Shown here piece after piece: positions 1-9,765 of a stretch of DNA of 64,000 bases. Every line of letters begins with the position of its first letter. Position 1 is the first letter of the stretch. The notes under the pieces are model-generated. The model saw nothing but the letters and a program-made list of their open reading frames with translations, was not told the origin of the DNA and made no database searches. Position numbers and translations under genes: made by a program. The DNA is from an uncultured delta proteobacterium (GTDB lineage: Bacteria > Myxococcota > Myxococcia > Myxococcales > Myxococcaceae), in the NCBI GenBank assembly GCA_963771175.1, contig CAVYSY010000032.1:256001-320000 (forward strand), in the 5' to 3' direction.

Positions 1-61
1 CAGGCGGCGGTGGCGCCCGTGGCTCCCGACAAGCAGCCGGAGCCGAGCCCGGAGGTGCCCC

Positions 62-991
62 GTGCTTGAGATTCTGGAGGCCCTCCTCTCCTCCACGCTG
101 GAGTACTGCCCGGCGCTCATCTTCGCCGCGCTCGGGGGCGTGCTCAGCGAGCGCTCCGGCGTGGTGAACGTGGGCATCGAGGGGATGATGCGCGCGGGCG
201 CCTTCTGCGCGGCCGTGGCGGCCATCTCCATGCCCACGCCCGTGGGGGTGCTGATGGGCATGCTCGCCGGCGCCGGCATGGCCGCGGTGCACGGCTACCT
301 CTGCATCCGCTGGCGCTCGGACCAGGTGGTGTCCGGCATGGCCCTCAACCTCGTGGCGCTCGCCGGCGGCACCTACCTCCTCGAGTCCCTCTACGGGCCC
401 AACGGCACGCCCCCCATCCAGCAGCTCACCCGCTGGCACCTCCCCGGCCTGTCCGAGGTGCCCCTGCTGCGCGCCTTCTCCGGGCACTCGGCCCTCACGT
501 GGATTGCCCTGGCGCTGCCCTTCGCCTTCCACCAGGTGCTGTACCGCACGCCCCTGGGCCTGCGGTTGCGCGCGGTGGGCGAGAAGCCCCACGCCGTGGC
601 CACCCTGGGCCTGTCGGTACCGGGGCTGCGCTGGCTCGCCGTGGTGGGCAGCGGGCTGCTCGCGGGACTGGGCGGCGCCACCCTCTCCACCGCCGTGCTG
701 GACCGCTTCGAGCAGCACACCCCGGCCGGCCTCGGCTTCATGGCCCTGGCCGCCATGGTGTTCGGCCGTTGGACGCCGCTGGGCGCCTTCCTCGCCGCGC
801 TCTTCTTCGCCGCCGGCAACGCCCTGCGCATCGGCCTGGCCTCCAGCGCTCCCGGCCTCCTGGAGGTGGTGCCCCAGGGCTTCCTCCTCGCCCTGCCCTA
901 CTTCCTGACGCTGCTGCTGCTCGCCTTCCAGGGCCAGCGCACCCACGCCCCCGCGGCACTCGGCACGCCCTACGAGCAGGAGTCTCGCTGA
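62..991 (+). CDS. ABC transporter permease, nucleoside/ribose type (BPD_transp_2)
   Basis: Hydrophobic ORF with family motifs SERSGVVNVGIEGMM and GLRLRAVGEKP. Confidence 0.9.
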   Translation: MLEILEALLSSTLEYCPALIFAALGGVLSERSGVVNVGIEGMMRAGAFCAAVAAISMPTPVGVLMGMLAGAGMAAVHGYLCIRWRSDQVVSGMALNLVALAGGTYLLESLYGPNGTPPIQQLTRWHLPGLSEVPLLRAFSGHSALTWIALALPFAFHQVLYRTPLGLRLRAVGEKPHAVATLGLSVPGLRWLAVVGSGLLAGLGGATLSTAVLDRFEQHTPAGLGFMALAAMVFGRWTPLGAFLAALFFAAGNALRIGLASSAPGLLEVVPQGFLLALPYFLTLLLLAFQGQRTHAPAALGTPYEQESR

Positions 992-1365
992 GCCGGGTCC
1001 TCGTCCCTACCAGACTGGGTCCACGAGAACCCGGGTATTTTCTGACCGGGATTCAACTCCGACCCACCCCCCGCGATGTATTCCCAGGAGGGGGTGGGTG
1101 GGCCTTCCCGTGAACGACACTCCAAGCGCCGGAGCTTCCAGGAAGGAGCCGTGGAGCGTCCGCCCCCGGACACCCGCGGCACGGGAGGGAGGCATCCGGC
1201 ACGCCCATCGCATGGAATGCGCGGCACACCAAGGGGTCCTGGCGGGGGCGTGCGCTTCGTGAGGGGGACGGCGGACGGAGGAGGGTGAGCGGCGTCCTGG
1301 AGCAACGCGGGGGGCGGGAGCCGACAATGAAGCCAGACACTGCACACGAAGCACGAGGTGAATCG

Positions 1366-1917
1366 ATGAGCGCGGCTGGCGAGGGCCTCTTGGCCGCGAA
1401 CGATGGCGATGAACGAGAGCCGGAGCCACCTGAGCGTCGCGGGCCCACTGGACGGTGGCGACGTGCAGAGCGTCGACCTGTGCGCGCTGGCGAAGCACGC
1501 GGTGAGCGTGCTGCAGACCACCGGCCACGTGAAGGACCCCGAGGTCCAGGTGGAGGTGCCGCACGAGCCGGTGTTCGCGAGGCTGAGCCGGCGGAGGCTG
1601 GAGCAGGTGCTGTTCCACCTCATCACCCACGCGGTGAGCGTGCAGCGGTGCGAGGGACGCCAGCGTGCGCGCCGTCCGGCTGACGGTGGAGCCGCAGGAC
1701 GACTTCGGGGACGACGGCCCCACCTTCCGCGTGCGCTACGCGGAGCGGGCGCGTCCGGAGCAGGAGACCGCCGCCGCAGGGCGAGCCGGAAACGGACCTG
1801 GAGGTGGCGCGCGAGCTGCTGGAGTCCCTGGGGGGCCGCCTCACGGCGAAGAGCCACGGGCTGACGGGCCGCACCCTCTCGGTGGAGCTGCCGGACCAGG
1901 GCACCGCGAGCTGGTAG
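1366..1917 (+). CDS. Degenerate HATPase_c-like protein (frameshifted)
   Basis: VDLCALAKHAV...RRRLEQVLFHLITHAV resembles an N-box region; a later frame gives TDLEVARELLESLGGRL, resembling a G2 region; at least two frame breaks. Confidence 0.5.
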
Positions 1918-1944
1918 CGCTCGCGGGCCCGGGGTGCTCGCGGA

Positions 1945-2630
1945 CTAGAACTTGTAGGCGAGGCCGAACAGCGCCTCCATGGTGAAGCGAGCCTGATTGC
2001 CCCGGTAGCGGATGTAGTAGTCGTTGGGGAAGATGGACGGCCCCATCCGCACGTTGAAGTTCACGGCGAGGTTGCGGCTGATGAAGTACTCCGAGCCCAC
2101 CGCCGAAGAGGATGGGGAAGACGGGACCGCCGCCCGAGCCGAAGATGACGTAGAAGGGGATGTCCATGCCCACGTTGAGCATGAGCGGCGCTGCCCACGG
2201 GGATGCCCACCGTGAGGGCGATGGGCAGCGCCAGGCCCACGTCGGTGTGTTGTCGTAGAAGTAGAAGAAGGGCCCCGGGGCGAAGCTCAGCCCCACGTTC
2301 ACCCGCGACGTCTGCAGCAGCATCAGCCGCACCCAGGCCTGCAGCTTCAGTCCCGGCACCACGCTGGTGACGATGCCCTCGCGGCCGTAGTTGAAGGTGA
2401 GCTTGCCGCCGATGTCGAACCTCGACGCGGCCCCGTGCAGCAGGCCCAGCGAGAGGCCCGGCCAGCCCACCTGGCCCACGAAGGCGGTGCCTCCCTGCCC
2501 CATCGTCTGGCCCGAGAGCACGGACCAGCCCTGGCCCCGGCCGTAGGAGACTCCCTCGTCCTGCGCCATCGCGGCGCTCGCGAAGCAGAGGACACCCAGC
2601 AGCAATCCCACTCAGAATACCGCGCTTCAC
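1945..2630 (-). CDS. Putative outer-membrane beta-barrel protein (frameshifted)
   Basis: Signal peptide ending ASAAMA, alternating hydrophobic strands, C-terminus reads MEALFGLAYKF (terminal Phe beta-signal). Confidence 0.6.
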
Positions 2631-4365
2631 GTACCCACCTCCGGCTGCCCCCGCTCGCGCGCCAGCGCGATGAAGGCATCGATGAGCTTCTGGAGCCGGG
2701 CCTCCGCCCGGGCGCGCGCGGCTTCCACCGGCTCGCCGGCGCCCAGCGTCTCCTTCAGCTCGAAATAGTATTTGATTTTCGGCTCCGTCCCGGACGGCCG
2801 CGCCGTCACGCGCCCGCCGCCCTCCAGCTCGAAGGCGAGCACGTTGGACGGAGGGAGCTTCTCGCCCTTCTTGTAGTCGAGCACGGACTTCACCGCGAGC
2901 TCTCCCACGCGCGTGGGCGGCGAGCCGCGGAAGCCGTCCATGATGCGCGAGATGACCTGCGCGCCCTCGGCGCCCGGGAAGGTGAAGTTGCGCTGCGCGC
3001 TCACGTAGAGGCCGAAGCGGCGCTGGATCTCCTCCAGGTAGCCGAGCACCGTCTTCCCGCGCGACTCGCACCAGGCGGCGAGGTCCGCGAACACCAGCGC
3101 CGCGCCGATGCCGTCCTTGTCCCGGCATCACGGTGCCCACCGTGTAGCCGAGCGCCTCCTCGTAGCCGAAGACGAACTGCGTGCCCTCGGCCTTCTCGCG
3201 CTCCAGGGCGCGGTTGGCGATCCACTTGAAGCCGGTGAGCACCTCGTCATACGCGACGCCCAGCTCGCGGGCGATGTCCCCGAGCTGCGTCGAGGACACG
3301 ATGGTGGTGACCACGTGCGGCCGGCCGCTCCGCGTGGGCCCCTGCACCAGCACGTAGTGACCCAGCATCACGCCCACCTCGTTGCCGGTGAGCATGCGCA
3401 TCTTCCCCGCCCCGTCGCGCACCATCACCGCCAGCCGGTCCGCGTCCGGGTCGTTGGCGAGCACCAGGTCCGCCTTCACGCGCTCGGCGGTGGCGAGCGA
3501 CAGGTCCATCGCCCCGGGCTCCTCGGGGTTGGGGAAGCGCACGGTGGGGAAGGTGCCGTCGGGCTGGTGCTGCTCGGCCACGACGTGGAAGCGGCGGAAG
3601 CCCGCCCGCTCGCATGGCCCGCTCCATCCACACGCCGCCCACGCCGTGCATGGCGGTGTAGACGATGGAGAGCGAGTCCGAGCCGCGCCCGTGCACGCGC
3701 AGCTTCAGGATGGCGTCCAGGTACGCCTCGCCGAGCGAGTCCGGCACGTCCCGCCACAGCCCGCGCGCGCGCGCCTCCGAGGGGCTGAGCAGCGGCACCT
3801 GGTTGGCGGGCTCCACCTTCGCGATGGCCGCGGCGATGCCCTTGTCGTGGGGCGGGATGATTTGAGCGCCGTTGCCCCAGTACACCTTGTAGCCGTTGTA
3901 CTCGGGCGGGTTGTGGCTGGCCGTCACCATCACCGCCGCGGCGGCGTTGAGGTGCAGGGCGGCGAAGGCGACGAGCGGCGTGGGCGACAGCCCGGGGAAG
4001 ACGTGCGCCGGAATGCCCTCGGCGGCGAGCACGCAGGCGGTGTCCTCGGCGAGCTCGGCGCTCATCCGACGGCCATCGCGGCCCACCACCACGCCCCGGG
4101 TGGCCACGTCCGGGACGGTGGCCTTGAGGTAGCGCGCCAGCCCCGCCGTGGTGCGGCGAATGACAGCGCGGTTCATCCGGTTGGGCCCCGCGCCCAGCAC
4201 GCCGCGCAGGCCCGCGGTGCCGAACTCCAGGTCACCCGCGAAGCGGTCCGCCAGGTCCGCCTCATCGCCGCGCGCCAGGACGCCCCGCAGCTCCTCCACG
4301 GTGGCCGGGTCCGGATCCGCCCGCAGCCACGCCTCCGCCTTCTCCTTCAATCCTGTCGAGTCCAT
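2627..4365 (-). CDS. Phospho-sugar mutase (PGM/PMM family, possibly phosphopentomutase); frameshifted
   Basis: FGTAGLRG, TASHNP, DPDADR, GYEEALG and RPSGTEPKIK motifs across three frames. Confidence 0.92.
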
Positions 4366-4379
4366 GAACCCCTCCTTCG

Positions 4380-4772
4380 TCAGGTGTAGTCGGTGAGCTT
4401 GCGGCGGGTAGGGCCCCCCTTGGGAGCGTCCTTCTGCCCCTGGCAGCTCACGCAGAACTCCACGTAGGGCATGGCCTCCATGCGCCCGAGCGGAATCTCG
4501 TCGCCGCACTCCTCGCACTCGCCGAAGGAGTCCGGGTCCTCGCGCAGCTTGCCCAGCGCCTTCACCACCTTCTGGAGCACGACGTCCGTGTTCCGGTTCC
4601 GGTTGGAGGCGATGGCCTGCAGCATCTCGTTGAGCGGCTGCTCGTCCTCGTCGCCGCCCACCCGCGCCTCGTCCGTGCGGTTGGGCTCGATCTTCGCAGG
4701 CGTCTTGCCCGTCAGCTCGGCGTGGAGCGCCAGTAGTTTCTGCATCAACTTCTCGCGCTGTGCCTCGGTCAC
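4380..4772 (-). CDS. TraR/DksA C4 zinc-finger protein
   Basis: FGECEECGDEIPLGRMEAMPYVEFCVSCQ. Confidence 0.88.
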   Translation of the reverse strand: MTEAQREKLMQKLLALHAELTGKTPAKIEPNRTDEARVGGDEDEQPLNEMLQAIASNRNRNTDVVLQKVVKALGKLREDPDSFGECEECGDEIPLGRMEAMPYVEFCVSCQGQKDAPKGGPTRRKLTDYT

Positions 4773-4793
4773 GTCGCAGCTCCACGTGGGGGG

Positions 4794-5595
4794 CTAGTAC
4801 TTCGCGGTGGACCTCTGCCCGGAGACAATGGCCACGGAAGCCGACGCGCCGATGCGGTTGGCCCCCGCCTGAATCATCTTCAGCGCATCCTCCGCCGAAC
4901 GGATGCCGCCGGAGGCCTTCACGCCCACGTCATCGCCCACCAGTTGACGCATGAGCGCGATGTCCTCCACGGTGGCGCCGCCGGTGCTGAAGCCCGTGGA
5001 CGTCTTCACGAAGGCCGCGCCCGCCGCCTTGGACAGCACGCAGCCGGCGATCTTCTCGTCCTGGGTCGAGCAGGCTCGTCTCGAGGATGACCTTCACCGG
5101 GTACGGCCGGCTGGCCTCCACCACCCGGGCGATGTCCTCGAGGACGAGCGTGTAGTCCCGGGCCTTGAGCGCGCCGATGGAGATGACCATGTCGATCTCC
5201 CGAGCCCCGGCGGCGATGGCCTCGCGGGCCTCGAAGGCCTTGGCGCTGGAGAGCGCCGCGCCGAGCGGGAAGCCCACCACGGCGATGGGCACCGAGCGCG
5301 AGCCGGCCAGGATGCCCGCGACCGTGGCCACGTGGCACGAGTTCACGCACACCGTGGCGAAGCCGTGCTCCACCGCCTCGCGGGCCACCCGGACGACGTC
5401 CTCGCGGGTGGCCTCGGGCTTGAGCAGCGTGTGGTCGATGTAGGGAGCCAGGTCCGCGTTGCTCCGGATGGACTCGGGTGGGATGCGCGCGGTGGAAGTC
5501 CGCGCCTCTCCGCCTGCTCGGGAACCAGGAATGCTGCGACGAACGTGGGCGGCGATCTCCTCGACCACCCGCTGGATGTCTTGGGCCTCGGCCAT
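4794..5595 (-). CDS. deoC: Deoxyribose-phosphate aldolase (one frameshift near 5065)
   Basis: [44 protein letters not shown]. Confidence 0.95.
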
Positions 5596-5698
5596 GGGGG
5601 GCGATGTAACCCACTCCAGGCCGCGCGGGAAGCACTCGTGAGGGGCCCCCTCGGACGTCATGCACCCGACGTCCGCCCCATGGGGTAGAGTTGCGTCC

Positions 5699-6907
5699 AT
5701 GGCCCTCGTGCGGTTCTTCTTCGCTCTCTTCGTCCTGCTCGCCGCCCTTCCGGGCCAGGCCGCGCCGCGGACCGACACGCTCAAACCCCTCACCGTCTAC
5801 TTCTTCGACGTGGGCCAGGGGGACGCGGCGCTCATCGTCTCGCCCACCGGCAAGACGGTCCTCATCGACGGAGGCCCTCCCGAGGCCGATGACCGGCTGG
5901 TGCCTCGCGTGCGCGAGCTCGTGCAGGGGCCCATCGACCTCGTCATCCTCACCCACCCGCACCTGGACCACCTGGGCGGCCTCGCGAAGATCCTCCAGGC
6001 GGTGGGGGCGAAGCGCTTCATGGACCCGGGCTACGACCACCCGAGCGAGGCCTACCGCAGGCTGCTGGACGTGGTGGGCAGGAAGGTGGGCCAGGTGATG
6101 ACGCCCACGCCCAACCCGAGCGCGCCGGAGACGCTCCTCACCATCGGCCTGGGCGAGGGCGCGACGCTCACCATCCTCTCGCCGCGAGCCCCGCAGGACC
6201 CGTTCCTCACCAACACGCGCTCGGACGTCAACGCCAACTCCATCGTCGCCAAGCTCACCTACGGGGAGACGGCGTTCCTCTTCGTGGGCGACGCGGAGCC
6301 GGAGACGGAAGCGTACTTGCTGCGCAAGCCCATCGACTTCACCTCCACCGTGCTGAAGGTGGGCCACCATGGAGGCCGCTACTCCTCCACCGCGCCCTTC
6401 CTCGAGGCGGTGAAGCCCCAGGCGGCCGTCATCTCCTGCTCCACGGACAACGAATACGGGCACCCCACCGCCGAGGCCCTGCAACGGCTCGGTGACGTGG
6501 GCGCGCACGTCTTCCGCACCGACCTCCAGGGAGAGGTGCAGGCGGTGAGCAACGGCACCACCGTCACGCTCACGGCCCAGAAGGATCGGAGCGCGCCCAC
6601 CGTCGTCACCGGCCAGGTGCACGGCCCCGTCGCCACCGGGCCCATGCGCTCGGGCGCCTCGCGTGCCGACGATGCCTCCTCCTCCCGGGTCGTGCGCGTG
6701 AAGGGCAAGCTGCCGGAGCGCATGGACACGAGCCCGGCCGTCGCATCCTCCGATGAGGGGCTCTTCGTGAGCCTCAAGGGCAGCGAGGTGTTCCACCTCG
6801 AGAGCTGCTCGTCACTCAAGCGGGCGAAGACGAAGGAGCGCACGGTGTACCCGACCCGAGCCGCCGCCGTGCGCGAGCGTCGCCCCGCCAAGGATTGCAA
6901 CCCATGA
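5699..6907 (+). CDS. Secreted ComEC/Rec2-like metallo-beta-lactamase-fold hydrolase
   Basis: Signal peptide; FFDVGQGDA, THPHLDHLGG, LKVGHHGG, YGHP; C-terminal FHxxxC metal-binding tail. Confidence 0.88.
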   Translation: MALVRFFFALFVLLAALPGQAAPRTDTLKPLTVYFFDVGQGDAALIVSPTGKTVLIDGGPPEADDRLVPRVRELVQGPIDLVILTHPHLDHLGGLAKILQAVGAKRFMDPGYDHPSEAYRRLLDVVGRKVGQVMTPTPNPSAPETLLTIGLGEGATLTILSPRAPQDPFLTNTRSDVNANSIVAKLTYGETAFLFVGDAEPETEAYLLRKPIDFTSTVLKVGHHGGRYSSTAPFLEAVKPQAAVISCSTDNEYGHPTAEALQRLGDVGAHVFRTDLQGEVQAVSNGTTVTLTAQKDRSAPTVVTGQVHGPVATGPMRSGASRADDASSSRVVRVKGKLPERMDTSPAVASSDEGLFVSLKGSEVFHLESCSSLKRAKTKERTVYPTRAAAVRERRPAKDCNP

Positions 6908-8280
6908 GCCGCCCCGTCCGTCACCTGGTCGCCCTGCTCGGTGTGCTGCTCGCCTGTGCCTGCGAGAAGCAGCAACCTCCAGCCCCCGCGCCTGGACCCA
7001 AGACCCCGACCGCCCTGGCCCGGCGCTACTTCGGCAGGCCGGCCGACGGGAAGCTGCACGTCTACTTCTTCGACGTGGGCCAGGGAGACGCCACCCTCAT
7101 CATCTCGCCCACCGGGCGCACGGTGCTCGTCGACGCGGGCCCCGCCGCCGCCGGCACCCACCTGGCCAACCGCCTGCCCGAGCTGCTCACCGACAAGCTC
7201 GACCTCGTCGTCCTCACCCACCCGCGCCCGGACCACTACAGCGGGCTGGCGGCGGCAGTGGGTGCGGTGGGCGCGCGCAAGCTGCTCGAGCCCCAGCACC
7301 CCGACACCCCCGCGGACTACGACGCGTTGCTCACCTCGCTCGGAAGCACCGGGGTGGAGATCTTCTCGCCCGCGCCCTCCCCCTCCGCGCCCAACGAGCC
7401 CTTGAGCCTGCCGCTCGGCGGCGACGCGGTGCTGACCGTCCTCTGGCCGCGCGCCCCCACCGAGCCGCTGCTGGCCGGAGAGTCCGCCCCGGAGCTCAAC
7501 TCCATCGTCCTGCGGCTCACCTACAAGGACACCACCGTCCTGCTGACCGGCGATGCGCGGGAGCAGACCGAGAGCCACCTGCTCGCGCGTCAGGCTCCGG
7601 TGCGCGCCACGCTGCTGAAGGTGGGCGCCCACGGCGCGGGCTCGGCCTCCAGTGCCGCCTTCCTCGCGGCGGTGCACCCTCGGGCCGCCATCATCTCCAC
7701 GGGTGTGGCCAACAGCCCGGACAAGGCCGTGCTCGACCGGCTGGAGGCGGTGAAGACCCGCGTCTTCCGCACCGACCGGGACGGAGAGGTCTACGCCGTG
7801 AGCGACGGCCAGCAGTTCACCCTCAACACGCAACGGCTCCCCGAGGGCGAACAGCCGGCCACCGACACCGAGAACGTCTTCGTGGGCCTCGACAACACCC
7901 CCGTGCCCACGGCGGCCGTGCAGCCCGACTCCGAACGGGTCACGCCGAAGGGGGAGGCGAACCCGACGCGCCTCGCCAAGGCCGTGGAGTCCGGCAAGAC
8001 GCGGGGAGGCCAGCAGGTGGACATCGACCTGGAGGAGCTCTCCACGGCGAGCGCGCCGTCGAAGCCGAAGGTGATCTCGGTGACCAGGCCGCCCAGGGAC
8101 GAGCGCTCGGCCCCGGTGGCGAACGGCAAGATGTCCTACGTCGCCAGCCGCAAGAGCAATCTCTTCCACCTGCCGAACTGCCCCGCCGCCAAGAAGATCA
8201 AACCCGCCAACCTGGTCACCTTCAAATCCAGGGCGGAGGCGGCCAAGACCAACCAGCCGGCCAGGGACTGCAAGCCCTGA
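6904..8280 (+). CDS. ComEC-like MBL-fold lipoprotein with degenerate metal site and Ada-type metal-binding tail
   Basis: Lipobox-like LLACAC; FFDVGQGDA; THPRPDH and KVGAHG replace HxHxDH and HHG; tail YVASRKSNLFHLPNC...ARDCKP. Confidence 0.82.
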   Translation: MSRPVRHLVALLGVLLACACEKQQPPAPAPGPKTPTALARRYFGRPADGKLHVYFFDVGQGDATLIISPTGRTVLVDAGPAAAGTHLANRLPELLTDKLDLVVLTHPRPDHYSGLAAAVGAVGARKLLEPQHPDTPADYDALLTSLGSTGVEIFSPAPSPSAPNEPLSLPLGGDAVLTVLWPRAPTEPLLAGESAPELNSIVLRLTYKDTTVLLTGDAREQTESHLLARQAPVRATLLKVGAHGAGSASSAAFLAAVHPRAAIISTGVANSPDKAVLDRLEAVKTRVFRTDRDGEVYAVSDGQQFTLNTQRLPEGEQPATDTENVFVGLDNTPVPTAAVQPDSERVTPKGEANPTRLAKAVESGKTRGGQQVDIDLEELSTASAPSKPKVISVTRPPRDERSAPVANGKMSYVASRKSNLFHLPNCPAAKKIKPANLVTFKSRAEAAKTNQPARDCKP

Positions 8281-8297
8281 GGAGGAGCCCGCGCGCC

Positions 8298-8534
8298 ATG
8301 CCCAAGGTCACCCTGGACCGATTCGAGGAAGAGCTCGCCGTGCTCATCGTGGACGGGCGTGAGGTGACACGCCCGCGCGAGCAGTTGCCGCCCGAGGCCC
8401 GCGAGGGCGACGTGCTGGACCTGGACACCTTGAAGGTGGACACGGACGCCACCGAGCGCCTGCGCGCCGAGGTGCGCCAGGCGCGCAAGCGGGCCCAGAA
8501 GAAGACGCCACCTCCGGGGAACTTCGACCTGTAG
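8298..8534 (+). CDS. DUF3006 family protein
   Basis: TLDRFEEELAVL...LPPEAREGDVL pattern; GGAGGAG RBS upstream. Confidence 0.85.
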   Translation: MPKVTLDRFEEELAVLIVDGREVTRPREQLPPEAREGDVLDLDTLKVDTDATERLRAEVRQARKRAQKKTPPPGNFDL

Positions 8535-8553
8535 TCCGGAGGCCCCGAGGCGC

Positions 8554-9753
8554 TCAGTCCGGTTCCACCGAAGGACGCGCGCGCGGCAGCAGCCCCACGA
8601 GGAGCACCGCGCTCAACCCGGCGAGCGCCCCCGCGGTGACGAAGGCGGTGGTGCTGCCCCAGGCCGTCCACAGCGCGCCGAAGAGCAGCCCCGCGACGAG
8701 CGAGGAGACCCCCGTCAGCCCGTTGTACAGGCCGAAGGCGCGCCCGCGGGCCTCGGCGGGCACCAGGGCGGTGAGCAGCGACTTCTCCGCCCCCTCCGCC
8801 ATCGCGTGGTACAGCCCGTAGATGGCGATGACGGTCATCGTGAGGGTCACCCCGTGGGCCCACGCGAGCGCGAGGTAGCTCAGCGCGTAGAGGGACCAGC
8901 CCGCCACGACGAGCCGCGACGCCCCCAGCCGGTCCGCGAGCCGGCCCGCCGGGAACGAGACGGCGGACTTCACCGCCTGCAGCAGCAGCCACGCCATCGG
9001 CAGGAACTCGGGCCGGGCGCCCTCCTCGGTCAGCTTCAGCAGGAGGAAGGCATCGGTGGAGTTGGCCACGCCAAAGAGGGTGACGGGGACGAGGTAGAAG
9101 GCAATCCGCCTCGGCACGGGCGCGAGCGCATGGGTGACGCCCGTGGCCGGGACGTGGGCGGGACGCGGGGGCTCACGGACGAACAGGATGGCCACCACCC
9201 CGAGCAGACCCGGCACCGCCGCGACGAAGAACACCTGCTCCACGCTCAGGCCGACGGCCACCAGCAGCAGCGCGGCGAGCGAGCCCACCGCGGCCCCCGC
9301 GTGGTCCATGCCCCGGTGGAAGCCGAAGGCCCGGCCACGGGCGCCCGCGTCGACGGACTGGGCGATGAGCGCATCGCGCGGGCTGGTGCGCACGCCCTTG
9401 CCCACCCGGTCCAGCGCGCGGATGACGACGGGCTGCCAGACCGCGGTGACGAAGGCCATCAGCGGGCGAGCCACGCTGGACAGGCCGTAGCCCGTCAGCA
9501 CCATGGGCTTGAGGCGGCGCGACCGGTCCGCCCAGACGCCGGACTGGTACTTGAGGAGGGAGGCGACCAGGTCCGCCACCCCCTCCATCGTCCCCAGCAG
9601 CAGGGGAGCCGCCGGCAACCTCGCGGCGAGGAAGGCCGGCAGCAGCGGGAAGATCATGTCGCTGCTGACGTCCGTCAGCAGGCTCACCACGCCGAGCAGC
9701 ACCACGGTGCGCGGCAGGCGGCCCTCACGAGGAGCGGCGGCGGCCGAGTCCAC
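8554..9753 (-). CDS. MFS transporter
   Basis: About 12 TM segments; DRVGKGVRTSPRDAL; RGRAFG repeated. Confidence 0.9.
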   Translation of the reverse strand: MDSAAAAPREGRLPRTVVLLGVVSLLTDVSSDMIFPLLPAFLAARLPAAPLLLGTMEGVADLVASLLKYQSGVWADRSRRLKPMVLTGYGLSSVARPLMAFVTAVWQPVVIRALDRVGKGVRTSPRDALIAQSVDAGARGRAFGFHRGMDHAGAAVGSLAALLLVAVGLSVEQVFFVAAVPGLLGVVAILFVREPPRPAHVPATGVTHALAPVPRRIAFYLVPVTLFGVANSTDAFLLLKLTEEGARPEFLPMAWLLLQAVKSAVSFPAGRLADRLGASRLVVAGWSLYALSYLALAWAHGVTLTMTVIAIYGLYHAMAEGAEKSLLTALVPAEARGRAFGLYNGLTGVSSLVAGLLFGALWTAWGSTTAFVTAGALAGLSAVLLVGLLPRARPSVEPD

Positions 9754-9765
9754 GTCCCCGCCCGA

